Positions 38,801-52,600 of a stretch of DNA of 64,000 nt are shown one piece after another (the first letter of the stretch is position 1; the number at the start of each line of letters is the position of its first letter). The translations under genes and the position numbers were made by a program. Location of the stretch: the NCBI GenBank assembly GCA_964016885.1, contig OZ024741.1:50034001-50098000 (forward strand), in the 5' to 3' direction. The stretch is from Eledone cirrhosa. Lineage: Eukaryota. Below the pieces are notes generated by a model. It saw nothing but the letters and a program-made list of their open reading frames with translations. It had not been told where the DNA came from and made no database searches.

Positions 38801-41800
38801 CGTGGGGCAGCTCATGAAGACGCTGTACCATTCGAGTCACTAGTCATTGAACTCTCTCCAAGTGATGGATATCCAGGATGAGATATGGGTTTGATGCTTG
38901 GATGCCATATTCTAGGTGCGGTCTCACGAGGGCGACATAGAGAGGCCTGAAAATTTCTGGAGTGAGTTTGGCAAAGGAGCATCGAATAAGAAAAAGAGAG
39001 CTCCTTGCCTTGTTTGCGGCTTAAATGCAATGTTTTGATGGTTTGAAGGACAAGTCGACCAGCAGACCAAGATCTTTAGTCTTCTCAACCTCCTTCAAAG
39101 GAGTAGTGCCACCATTGAAGGTAAGAGCTGAGTTATAAGGTGTACCCACTGCCATATGGCAACACTTATCGACATTGAGGTATAAATCCCAATCAATGGA
39201 CCAACTCCAGGCGCGCTGGAGGCTGGACTTGAGATTGTCGATCTCGCTCCTACGGGCTACCATTTTCACATCATCTGCAAATAGAAGCACGTTTCCACCA
39301 ATCACATCCGGCATGTCATTGATGTATAGAAGGAAGAGAATTGGGCCCAACACAGAGCCTTGGGGAACGCCACTGCCTACACCCATCCCCGATGACAGAC
39401 TGCCATTGATCCGAACTCTGCAAGTACGACCCTCAAGAAATGATCCAATCCACTTTATAATCGAGTCATGGAGACTGTAGTTGCTGAGCTTATGCAGGAG
39501 CAGGCGGTGGTTGACAGAGTCAAAGGCTTTGGCGAAGTCGAGAAAGATAATATCGGCCGCATCTCCATCGTCCACTATCCTCGTCACCCATTCTTCCATC
39601 ACGAGTAGGTTTGTGAGACAGGAACGTTTCGGGATGAAACCGTGTTGAGATGGCAGTAAAAGACGCAAGATGAGCCATAATTGCCCGCTTGATTAGAGAT
39701 TCCAAGGCCTTACAGACAATTGAGGTGAGGCTCACGGGTCTGTAGTTCCCCGGGTCTTCTTTGTCACCTTTTTTAAAGATAGGGCAAATTGTAGCTACTT
39801 TCCAGTCGGCAGGAACAACTGCGGTAGCCAATGATAGGTTGAATGGTGTGGCTAGAGGTTTAGCAAGGTTGGGTGCAACTGCACCCAAAATTGCTGGATG
39901 TAGACTGTCTGGACCATGCCCCTTATTCACATCTAAGGACAAAAGCAACTTTTCCACCTCGTCTGGTCTGACGGTGGTTGGCTGCTTGGGTGGGGCGATC
40001 ATGTTTAGATTTGGAGGTTCTCTGCCATCGTCCTCTTTGAAGATATTTGCGAAAACATCAGCAAAAAGAGAAGCTTGTTGGTCAGCGTGTTCAATAACTG
40101 CACCTTTGGGGTTTCGGAGAGTGACAATTTGGTTATTCAGTTTTTGATTTCTCTGCATGTGAGCGTAAAAGTGCTTTGGATTACGACCGGCATCATTTGC
40201 AAGTTCCCTTTCAAAATTTTGCCTTCCATTTCTGGAAATATGCTTGACATGATTTCGCTGCTTTCTGTAGACTTCAAATGCTGCCGCAGACATGCCCCCA
40301 AGCAGCGTTTCTTAACTTCCATTCGCGGATAATTGTCAGGGTTTGTGTTTCTTGCGTTTTGGCGTTCTCAGCGGCACTGCCATTTCTGTTAGCCCAAGTA
40401 GAATTTTCTTTATTTCTCGCCACAAAGTTTCGACAGACTGATTTTCAGTTAGGCTGCGCCAATTTATCTCGTCGGAGGCCATTTTGATTCATGATTCATA
40501 GCAGCAAATATTCTTCCCGGCTGATTTGAAACGGGAGGCGGTGCAAGCAAAGTATGCATGCTAAAGCTCAGTATTGCATGATCGCTTTTACCCAAGTGGA
40601 GACAGAACTTGCAGAGATGATACAGATCTAGGATAACAGAAGATAAGGCCTAGTAATGACGGTCGTTGACCACTTCGAGCCCTTGTCGGTTTTGTAACAT
40701 GCTGGCAGATGAAACATTCTTCCGTCGTATCGAGCAATAGTTGGTCGAAGTTATTGTTGGATATGCACACATTTGAGTTCCAGTCTATAGTTGGGGCATT
40801 AAAATCCCCGAGTATAAGACAGTCATTTGGACATCTTGAAACAGCTTTCATTGCATTTCATTTTATTAATGAGACTCTGATCTTCATCTGTTGTAGAACT
40901 AGGACTGCGATAGATGGAAAGAACGGGAATAGTTTCTCCACTCACATTAAGACTGCAAAGAACAGCATCAAAGTTCTCCGAAAGTATGGTGTTCGGTGGT
41001 AGAGGCTGACGGGATGGTTTAAGCGATGATCTTGCATAAACGATAACTCCCCCACCTTTTCTTTGAGAGCTATCACATCGGAATGTAGTAAAGTCAGGAA
41101 TGTGAATCTCTGCATCCTTGACTTCTGAATTTAACCAGGTTTCGGTTATGACTATCAGGTCTACCTTCTCCTCTGCAATAACGGAATGGAGATAATCAAG
41201 TTTGGACAGAAGAGAGCAAGCGTTGGTTAAAATAACTTTGAATGAGTGATCAAGGGACAGCGATTTGGGCTTTAATCGCCTTTTGGGGATTTTCGGGAGG
41301 AAGTTGGAGGGCTTCTTGCACACCTTCTCATCTGATATGGCTGTTTGTTCTGCCAGGGAAGTTTGGAGTCTTTGGATATCGTTATTGGGGTCGCCCAAAG
41401 GTAAGAGTGTACTATCTTTCCGTTTCTTATCCGCAGACCAGTCTCTCCGGCAGCTATGCCTGACCTGAGTTCTGTCTTCAAAGTTCTCCAGCGGATTCTT
41501 TCTTTTAAGGAGAACTCTTTCCGAAAATCCAATTTACTACCCCGGTAACACTTTCTGGCTTTGGCAAGGAAGTCCTCTGCTTGCTGAGAAGTAGAGAATT
41601 TGACTTTGATGTGTCGGGGTCTTGAGTTGGGATTTCGTTCTTCAGATTTTTGGCCAATTCTCACAGCTCGGACTTGCGTCTTGTCATCTGAATCACCAAT
41701 ATTGACTTTGATAATGTTTGAGATAAACTCAAAGTCTTGGTGGTACCTCTCCTTTTCAGTATTTGCACAGCTTTCGGAAACTCCGTAGACATAAACAGAT

Positions 41801-44800
41801 TTATTACACTGTTGTTCTTCAGCGCTGGCAGCTGTCTTGGGGGTACCACATTTACCTGTAACATAATGGCGACCGTTTACTGAGTTGACCCGATCCGCTT
41901 CATCTTCAAGCGGACTTGTATTTGCCGTAACAAAATTGTCTGCTGAGCTGATAGTGAGACAATGTTTGTTCTGATCATCAACTGTGTCGGAGTACCGGTG
42001 TCGTCTTTTGGACGACCGCCAAACCTCGGCAGAGGGATTTACAGTGTCTTCATCAGAGATTAAAGTTGCATCCTTCATCGTGGTAGATGCACCTGCAGGA
42101 ATTTGATGAGTAGATGAGACCAATGTGTTTTGCTTGGTGTTGTCTTGTACAGCATCTGCCATCTTCTTGCTTTGCTTCTTTTGGCGCTTTGGTTTTGCTT
42201 TGATCGTCTTCGTCTGGGAAGATGCAGATTTAGACGGTCTGGAAGTCGCATCATTAGGAGGTTGAAGTGATAATATCGTTTCTTCTATTATCAACATCTT
42301 TGACATGAGGGCATCAAGTTGAGTTTGCAAGTTAGCGTTTTTCAGTTCGATTTGGGTAAGGTTCAGTTTCAACCGCTCGCAATTACAATTATAGGTCGGT
42401 GGCATAACATTGCGATAAGTTTTGACAGCCAAGCGAGCTCTTGTAGTTGCAGGCACTATTGTGCTTAGAAAATGTACACACATTGACGGTTGGAGTTGAA
42501 GAAAAAAGAGAGTATAATCCACAAATGCGTAGAACAATCCAAAATGCTAAAGGGTTAATCTAAACTAATAATAAATATTTGTTCTATGGGTTTATATATA
42601 TATATACAATCCTTATCAAGCCCTCTTCGGATTTTGGTCTTTGTATTTCTTACTATATAAATATATATATGTCTAGAATTACTGGACATACAATTAGCAC
42701 ACTCCGGCCCTTGACTGCGTGGAGACCTGTTTAAAAAGCAATCCAGAGACAACAACAATCAATGCTCTCTGACTAACTGCCCTATCCTCGATACAGGTAT
42801 GTGCCAGCGAACACATGTATACCGGATTGATTGAATGCAAGAAATGTGAGGAGTTCTACATTGATAGCACTACTGGAGCAGTCCACACTCGCATTAAAGA
42901 ACACCTCAATACACACACACATCCTCAGTCAAAAAACACACTGACAAATGTAGAAACATCAACCAACATATTACTGTTACTATTAAAGCCAGTGTTAGAA
43001 ATGTGGGGAGGACTACCCTAAGGAGAAGAATATGGAAGGTAAAGGACCCCACAGCCAGTAACAAATTTAAAAGCATATTACTTGATGCTTTTGACAGTAA
43101 GGAAGAGCAATTAGTCGTACAGTATAGAGGAACAGTGGGAATTTCTGAAAGTTAACCTGCTGAAGGCGACAGATGAAATCTGTGGCTGGAACAGACCTAT
43201 AGGCAGGAGGAGAGTAACTTGGTGGTGGAACAGTAAGCTGGAGGAGTCAGTCAAGGCCAAAAAGCAGGCTTGGAAAGTATGGCAGGATGAGGGAAGTAGA
43301 GAACACTATCAAGTGGCCAGGAGGGAGGACCAAAAATGTGAGGTGTTCAGGACTGCTAGGCAATGTGTCAAGGAAAACCGTGATATTGTCGGGGAGAAGT
43401 GTGTCCGTAATGATGATGGTGTACTTGCCATCACTGATGCTGATAAGAAGGTAGCTTGGAAGTGTCACTATGAGAGGCTACTAAATGAGAATAAATGGGA
43501 CAAAGATAGTCTGCCCCACATCGATCCAATAGAGGGACCAGCAGTGCAAGTTGAAGGTAGTATAAGTAAGGCAATCAAAGCTATGAAGACAGACAAGGCA
43601 GCTGGGCCTTCGGAGATAGTTGCTGGAATGGTGGGACACACTATGGTCACCCGGATAGTAAACCAAATCATACAGAACGGAGTCATACCAAATGACTGGC
43701 GTAGCAGCATCATCATTACAAGGGTAAAGGAGATGCACTAGATAAAGGAAACTATAGAGGCATTAAATTAATTGACCAGGTCATGAAGGTTACAGAAAAA
43801 GTTATGGCGCAACTAATCAGCAAATTGATCTAGATGAAATGCAGTTTGGGTTTGTGTCAGGTAAAAGTACCACAACAACAGAAGTACCTAGCTAAAAGTA
43901 AACTCCTATACTTAGCTTTTGTTGTCTTGGAGAAAGCCTTCGACAGAGTCCCCCGTTCCATTATCTGGTGGGCCCTTAGAAAACTAGGGGTTGATGAATG
44001 GCTTGTGAGAGCTATACAAGCCATGTATAAAGAAACAGTCAGCAAAGTTAGAATTAACAACGAATTAAGTGAAGAATTTAGCATAAAAGTTGGTGTCCAT
44101 CAGGGCTCTGTCCTTAGCCCCTTCTATTTATTATTGCCCTTCAGGCTATAACAGGCCGGCTGCCCATGGGAACTTCTCTATGCAGACGATCTAACGCTCA
44201 TAGCTGAATCGATGGCTGAACTAGAGAAGAAATTCCAAACATAGAAGCATGGCCTAGAATCAAAAGGCCTTAAAGTTAACTTGTCTAAGACTAAAGTTCT
44301 AGTATGTAGGAAGGAAAATAGTGCACAGGTCCCCTTTGGGAAATGGCCATGCTCAGTGTGTAGGAAAGGAGTAAGCAGAAATTCCATTTTATGTCCTAAA
44401 TGCAAAGTATGGGTGCATAAAAGATGTAGTGGGATCGCAGGTAAGCTATCTAAGAACGTAGCCGGTGCTCACGTACAACAAGTAGCAAGCGCCCACAGGA
44501 TACTAGCTCCTTCTATTGCCCAGATGGCTCTATAGGAATAGCGGATGGCTTCCGTTACCTGGGTGACAAAATCAGCAGTGGTGGAGGGTGTTCTGAAAGT
44601 ACAGTAGCCAGAACAGGATGGAAAAGGTTCAGAGAGCTTATACTATTGGCCGCTAAAGGTTTCTCTCTAAAAATGAAAGGCAGACTGTATGATGCCTGCA
44701 TACGAACAGCAATGTTACATGGCAGTGAGACATGGGCATGGTGTGCAGAGAATCTGCGTAGACTGGAGAGGAACATAGTATGCATGCTCCGCTGGATGTG

Positions 44801-46600
44801 TAATAGTAATATACGTGAAGTGAACAGCAAAGCATAAATGAACTAAGTGAGAAATTAGGTATAAGAGGGATCAGATGCTGTTTACTCGAGAGAAGACTAC
44901 GTTGGTATGGTCACGTGATGCGCATGAAAGATGACAGCTGTATAAAAAAGTGCAGGGCGATCAAAATTGACAGAAGTTACAGAGTAGGCAGACACAGAAA
45001 AACCTGGGACGATTTGATAAATTCCTCACACACTTACACCTCTCTAAGACAATGTCACTGGACCAAGATCTTTGGCGCTACGCAGTAATACAGAAAACTC
45101 GCCTTGCCTAAGTACAAAGCGAAACCTACAGTCAGTAGGCACCTCTTAATCAAATATACACCCAACTCCCCCACCCTCATCAGCCCCACCTTTTTCTCTG
45201 TAAAATTATGTTGGTACCACAACATCCAGTCCTAAATAAATGAGGTCGTGTAGGTGTTACGACAAAAAAACAGTCCACGCTGTAATGTGGCCGTGTAGGT
45301 AACACGGTAAAAACCTCCCAGTCCACACTGTAAACGTGGTTGGTGTTAGGAAGGGCATCCAGCCGTAGAAAACCTGCCAGACAGTCCTATACGAGCGAGA
45401 TGACCAATCTTGCCTCAAGTGGGACAATTCCCGTCTAACCCATGCTAGCGTGGAAGATAGACGTTAAATGATGATGATAATATATATGTGTGTATCTGTC
45501 TCTCTCCATATCTTCATATTGACAATGTTTAAAACAAGTGGTGTTGTTTATGTTCCCCATAAACAATATGCCCTACATCACATGGTCAGTGTTTGTCATA
45601 CAGAGTTCTCTCTGTCAGTCACACATTAGTCTACATACCTTATTAATCAAGTCAACAACTTTTCATATCTTTAATATGTCATTATTTCCATTTCTCTATA
45701 TTTCAAAGTTTTCAAGCCCAAGTTTGCTGAACCTAAAGTTCCACGCCATGAAAGAGAATATGAACACAATGGTGGTGGTGGTAGTGGTGGTGGTGGTGGT
45801 GGTGGTAGTGGCGGTGGTGGTGGTGGCGGTGGTGGTGGTGGTGGAAGTGGTGGTGACTACTACGACTATATGGACCGAGGTATGTTGTATTAACATGCTT
45901 TATTGATTAGCACCTTGTCAAAAGCTGTTGATATTTATGATGGTATGGACTGGGGTTTGTTGTAGTACCATACTGTATTAATAAGTTCCTTGTTTTAGAA
46001 TGGTGATGACGGTGTTGTGAGTTTTATGGCTGTATGGACAAGGACCTGCTGTAATACCTTATTTTATGAGTCTATACTTTGTTTTAGAATAATGGTCACA
46101 GTTTTTATTGTCATATAGACTAGGTACTATGTTGTAGTACCTTAGTTTTTGAATGGTGGTAGTGTTTGTGTTGATAGTCTTGATATTTGTGGTATATCAG
46201 TGGTGGTGGTACTGATGTATTTGTGATTGTATGTTGTTGGCGGTGGTGGTGGTACTGATGTATTTGTGATTGTATGTTCTTGGCGGTGGTGATGGTGGTG
46301 GTACTGATGTATTTGTGATTGTATGTTCTTGGACATTTTCAGATTAGGGATTTCTTTTTTTTTTTCTTTTTACAGGTGTTAAACGTGGTTTCAATGAGAT
46401 GGGTGGGCGTGAGGACTTTGGTTACAGAGGCCATGATATGTACAGTGGATCAGGTGGCTATGGGCCAGCAGTTCCTGAAGCTATACCACCATATCCAAGT
46501 AAGCAGAGCCAGTTTCTGATCAACTGTTTCAATTATATTTTGGTATTGAATAAACGTGTGACAAGATGGCAAAGGACATTCTACATAACTACATATATGC

Positions 46601-46634
<34 letters not shown>

Positions 46635-49600
46635 TGTAAATGTGGTTGGTGTTAGGAAGGGCATCCAACTGTAGAAAACCTGCCAGACAGTCCTATGCGA
46701 GCAAGACAATCACTCTTGCCTCAAGTGGGACTACCCCCGTCCAAACCCATGCAAGCGTGGAACACGGACATTAAACGTTGATGATGATGATGACACACAC
46801 ACATACATATACATACATACACACACACACATACATATACATACAGAGAACTTGTACATAACTAGATACACATATATATATACAAGAGAAATTGTACACA
46901 ACTATATACACACACACACCCATACAAGCTTGTATATATATATATATTTTATATATATGCATGCAAGGGAACTTCATAACCACACTTACATACACACACC
47001 ATTTACTTCTACATAACTACATACACTTCTTCACCCACTTATTCATTGGTGGGGGGGGGTTTCGTAGGGGCAGAGTCCCCATATACTCCTCCCAGCAGGT
47101 CCTGTGAGACCAGCCAAGCTCATGGGTGTTATCTGGATCTCCTGCCAATTGTTTTGCCCGTAAAATCTGTAATGTCTGACGATTCTTTCCTGAGACATTC
47201 TAACCACATGCCCCTAATATCAGAGCTGTGATCTCTCAATTCGGAGAAGTAGCGGCTCTACCTGGAGTGACTCTGATCTCTGAACTACGCACTCTATCAA
47301 GTAACGTTAGTTACTCCAAAGACCCTTCGGAGGAACCCCATTTCAGCTGCTTTTATTCATGATTTGCGTTGGACGAAGCACGTCTCTAAAATTGTCAAGA
47401 GGGCCGAGGGTGTCTTAGCATCACTCAGCAAGACCTTTGTCAGCCGCTCTCCAGCTATCTATTTAAGGCTGTACATGGCTATGGTGCGGCCACACTTAGA
47501 ATTTGCATCACCAGTCTGGAACCCCTATCTTGCTCAGAACATTGACTGCCTGGAAACTGTTCAGAGACATGCAACCAAGCGAATACTCTCCATCAGGCAT
47601 CTACCATACTCTGAGCGCCTTGCTTCCCTGGGCATGGATACATTGAAGCTCCGACGCCTGGCAACTGACGTGGTAAACACCCACAAAATTGTTAACCATC
47701 TTGCCAACAACAACCCTGAGTATCTTTTTGATTTCCATGTGTCTAACACACGTGGGCATGCCAACAAAGTCAGAAAACAGTACAGTTCCCATGACTTTCG
47801 GAAACATTTTTTCACGCTCAGAGTTGTTGAAGCATGGAACAAACTACCTGCATCAATTGTTAGCTGTCGAGACACTGCATCCTTTAAGGCCTCCATGCTT
47901 CCCGAGGTTCGCCAACACTACACCTAATGTTCCCCCTCCATACACATACACACATGTATATCATGACTCATACACTATTCACTTCCCTGACATTTGTGTA
48001 TTATTCTATGTACTATACATGCACCTTTGACGAGTTGTAGTGCAACTGAGCACTTTACACAATAATTTCATTATTATTATTATGATCAAATGATGATATA
48101 TGTATATATACATACATATACACATGAAAGGGAACTTCTACATAACCACACATACACACATCTTTTACTTGTTTATTTTTTGTTTCTGATCACAATTTTC
48201 CATGTTCCCTGGTAATGTTTTTTTTTAATTAATATTATTGTTTTAAATTGTTTGTTTTTTCTATTGTTTCAGATGCTGGTGGAGGTGGTGGTGGAGTTGG
48301 TGGTAACATGGGTGGCTGTTCTTCATCAGGTATGGGTCCATTAGATCCTATCCAGTACTACCCACACAATAACTACCAACGTCTACATCTAACTGTGGCC
48401 CTGGGTCTCAGTCAGTCTTACCTTACACGTCTCCTCACCCTTGTACCAGGTCTTGAATATTGTGATCTCAATGAAAGCACTGGTAAATATTAAAATGTTA
48501 TTTTTTAACCTCTGTTCTACTAATGTCTCAATTTGGATGATGATGATGATGATGATGATAGCGATTTTTACTATATGCACAAGAGCCAGCAATCTTGAGA
48601 GATGGGAAAGTCGATTAAATTGACCCTAGTGCGTTATTGGTGCTTTATTTTAACGACCCTCGTAAGAACGAAAGGCAAAGCTAACCTTAGCATGATTTGA
48701 ATTCAGAACATAACACAACTGTGACATGTAGTGTGATGCTGTGCTGTAACAGACCCATCTAACCCTTTGCCAATATAAAAAATTAACAAAGTGAATGGAG
48801 GCACATGGCTTAGTGGTTAGAGCATTGGGCTTGCAATCGAAAAGTTGTGAGTTCAATTCTCAGACCGGGTGATGTGTTGTTTCCTTGAGCAAGACACTTT
48901 ATTTCACAATGCTCCAGTTTACTCAGCTGTAAAAATGAGATGATAGGGACTGGGGTCCATATCATTCCACTGCAAAGTGGTCATGGAGGTGCCACGGCAA
49001 AAAAGCACCCAGCACTCACTGTAAATGAGGTAGGTGTTAGGAACGGCATCCAGCTGTAGAAATCAAGCCAGAATCAGTTCCGGTCCCACCCTTGCAAGCA
49101 GGGAAAAGCGGACATAAAATGAAATGAAATGAATAATGATATATACAATAAGTGAGGCAACAGATAAAGTTTATTGCCTAAGAACAGGAATCGTGTCTTG
49201 ATAGGTCTCCGCATAGTTTCTGCCTACCAAATATCACATTGTTTAGATCACTGAATGACTGTGGTAGAAGGTATTTTCTCAAGAAACCACACGGTGGGAT
49301 CAAACCTAAACATGTGGTTACAAAACAAGCATTTTAATTACAGTCATGGCTGTTAGGATAATGTAGTTCAAAGAATGTATTTCTAAGTATTTCACTTAAT
49401 TTTAGTTATTAACTAGGATGTATCAGTTATCACCTTCTTTGACGATATCTATTATTAATGCAAGGTATGTAACATGGTGGGGCTTGAATTCAGAACACAA
49501 AATATTCCATGCTGTCTTCTAATGATTCTACCTTAGTATAGTAGTTTATTTATCAACCCTGAAAAAATGATCTTGGCCAAGATTTGAACTCAGAATACAA

Positions 49601-52600
49601 AGGCTAGAATAAATACAGCAAAGTATTTCATTTGATATTTTAGCATTTCTACTACACCACCTTAGGATATGTATATATATAAATATATAGTATAAACAAT
49701 GTTTCATACACTTAACATGTTAAGTGTATGAAACTTTGTTTATACTAAATAATCTCTCTTGCAACAGATTGAACACTATTTACCTTGATCTTTCATCTGT
49801 GGATATCCTATATATACATACATAGCACTCATTTGTTGTCTCCAACAATGTAAGAGCAGCATCACTTATAAACAGTCATTACAGAGACTGACAGTTGAGA
49901 TGAGATAATGATAATTCTAGCAAGGACTGATTTAAGCCACATTTGGTGGTCCTCACATTTTACAGAGGTCTTCTCTTGCTTGGATTTCTCTGGGTCAGAG
50001 GAATGACATGGTAAGGGTATATATAATAGTTGTATATACCCTATATTGTAGATAGGATATATACACAATACAGTGAGTCCCAAATGCAAAGTATGGGTAC
50101 ATAAAAGATGTAGTGGGATCACAGGTAAACTATCTAAGAACGTACACTTTATATGTGGCCGATGCTCAGGTGCAATAAGTAGCAAGTGTCCACAGGATAC
50201 TAGCTCCTTCTATTGCCCAGATGGTTCTATAGAAATAGTGGACACTTTCTGTTACCTGGGTGACGAAATCAGCAGTGGTGGAGGGTGCTCTGAAAGTACA
50301 GTAGCCAGAGTCAGAACAGGATGGGAAAAGTTCAGAGAGCTTATACCGCTGTTGGCCACAAAAGGTTTCTCTCTAAAAATGAAAGGCAGATTGTATGATG
50401 CCTGCATACGAACAGCAATGCTACATGGCAGTGAGACATGGGCATTACGTGCAGAGGGCCTGCGCAGACTGGAAAGGAACGAAGCATGCTCCGTTGGATG
50501 CGTAATAGTAATATACGTGAGCGGCAAAGCATAAATGAACTAAGTGAGAAATTAGGAATAAGAGGGATCAGATGCTGTTTACTCAAGAGAAGACTACGTT
50601 GGTATGGCCATGTGATGCGCATGAAAGACGGCAGCTGTATAAAAAAGTGCAGGGCGATCAAAATTGATGGAAGTTACGGAGTACGTAGACCCAGAAAAAC
50701 CTCGGATGATCTGATAAATTTCGACCTTACACACTTGCACCTCTCTAAGACAATGTCACTGGACCGAGAACTTTGGCGCTACGCAGTAATACAGAAGACC
50801 CGCCTTGCCTATGTACAAAGCAAAACCTACAGACAGTAGGCACCTCTTAACCAAATATACACCCCAATCCACTACCCCTACCTTATCCTCCCACTCCCAC
50901 CAACACCACCCTCTCTCTGTAAAGTTGGTACCACGGCATCCAGTCCAAATAAATGAGATCGAGATCGTGTGTCACGACAAAAAAACACACAGTCGACGCT
51001 GCAATGTGGCCATGTAGGTAACACGGTAAAAAGTTCCCAGTTCCACACTGTCAATGTGGTTGGTGTTAGGAAGGGCATCAAGCCATAGAAAACCTGCCAG
51101 ATAGTCCTATATGAGCGAGACACGGTCACCCGACCAACCTTGCCTCAAGTGAGAAAACTCGCGTCTAACCCATGCTAGCGTGGAAGATGGACGTTAAACG
51201 AAGATGATGATGATGATGAGTGAGCGACGTAATGTTCACCTTTTCTATTTTTAATCAAGAATCCCTTGGTTGTCATCATTCTCAGCCCCCATTTATCTAT
51301 TACAAAATAAAGGTTTCCTAAAACTTGCGTCAATTTGTCTTATTCTGTGTTGCTGTCATCCATGTAATGTCCATAATCTTATCTCATCTACTGTCTTCCT
51401 TCATTATATGAATCTGTCATCTAGGTCTTCATTGTCTACATAGCTTTGTTTATGTTATATAATTATAATAGTAGCTGTTATTTCTAGGTATGCCATATAC
51501 CAAGTACTGTTCTTCACAGTAACTGTAATAATGTTATTTCTACTACAGGTATAGCTTATACCAGAGGTTGTGATAGTAGCTGTAATAATGTTATTTCTAC
51601 TACAGGTATAGCTTATACCAGAGGTTGTGATAGTAGCTGTAATAATGTTATTTCTACTACAGGTATAGCTTATACCAGAGGTTGTGATAGTAGCTGTAAT
51701 AATGTTATTTCTACTACAGGTATAGCTTATGCCAGGTACTGTACTCCACAAGCTGCTGCCTATGCAAGAGACAAACTAGATGGCTTTGAGTATCCTATAG
51801 GTTCACGAATACATGTCCGTTATGCAGACCAACCATCAAATGTTGACATGAACATTGGTTACGGAGATGGGTAAGTATTACAGCAGTTATTATGGCAACA
51901 GTGACATATCTAGGTATTACAGCAGTTACTATAGCAACAGTGACATATCTAGGTATTACAGCAGTTACCATAGCAACAGTGACATATCTAGGTATTACAG
52001 CAGTTACTATAGCAACGGTGAAAGGTGTAGTGACAGTATTTTACTTTATCTATTTATGTATTTTTTTATGACTTGTCAAAAGAAGTAGGGGTCAGCTCCT
52101 ATGACCTTTCCAAGGCCTCCAGGACTGCTGGAGAGAACCACATGTCTACTTTGGTTTCTGTAAGAAGTAAGGGTCAGCTCCTATGACCTTTGCAAGACCT
52201 CCACGACTGCTGGAGAGAACCACATGTCTACTTTGGTTTCTGTAAGAAGTAAGGGTCAGCTCCTATGACCTTTCCAAGGCCTCCAGGACTGCTGGAGAGA
52301 ACCACCTGTCTACTTTGGTTTCTGTAAGAAGTAAGGGTCAGCTCCTATGACCTTTGCAAGACCTCCAGGACTGCTGGAGAGAACCACATGTCTACTTTGG
52401 TTTCTGTAAGAAGTAAGGGTCAGCTCCTATGACCTTTGCAAGACCTCCAGGACTGCTGGAGAGAACCACATGTCTACTTTGGTTTCTGTAAGAAGTAAGG
52501 GTCAGCTCCTATGACCTTTGCAAGACCTCCAGGACTGCTGGAGAGAACTGCCTGTTTCTACTGACCTCTACTTTGGTCTCTGTAAGTAACACTGTTGGAA

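Noticed and set aside
45538-45906. Poly-Val (+) and poly-Thr (-) ORFs
   Set aside because: Alternative frames of the GGT poly-Gly tract in RBM45 exon 5.
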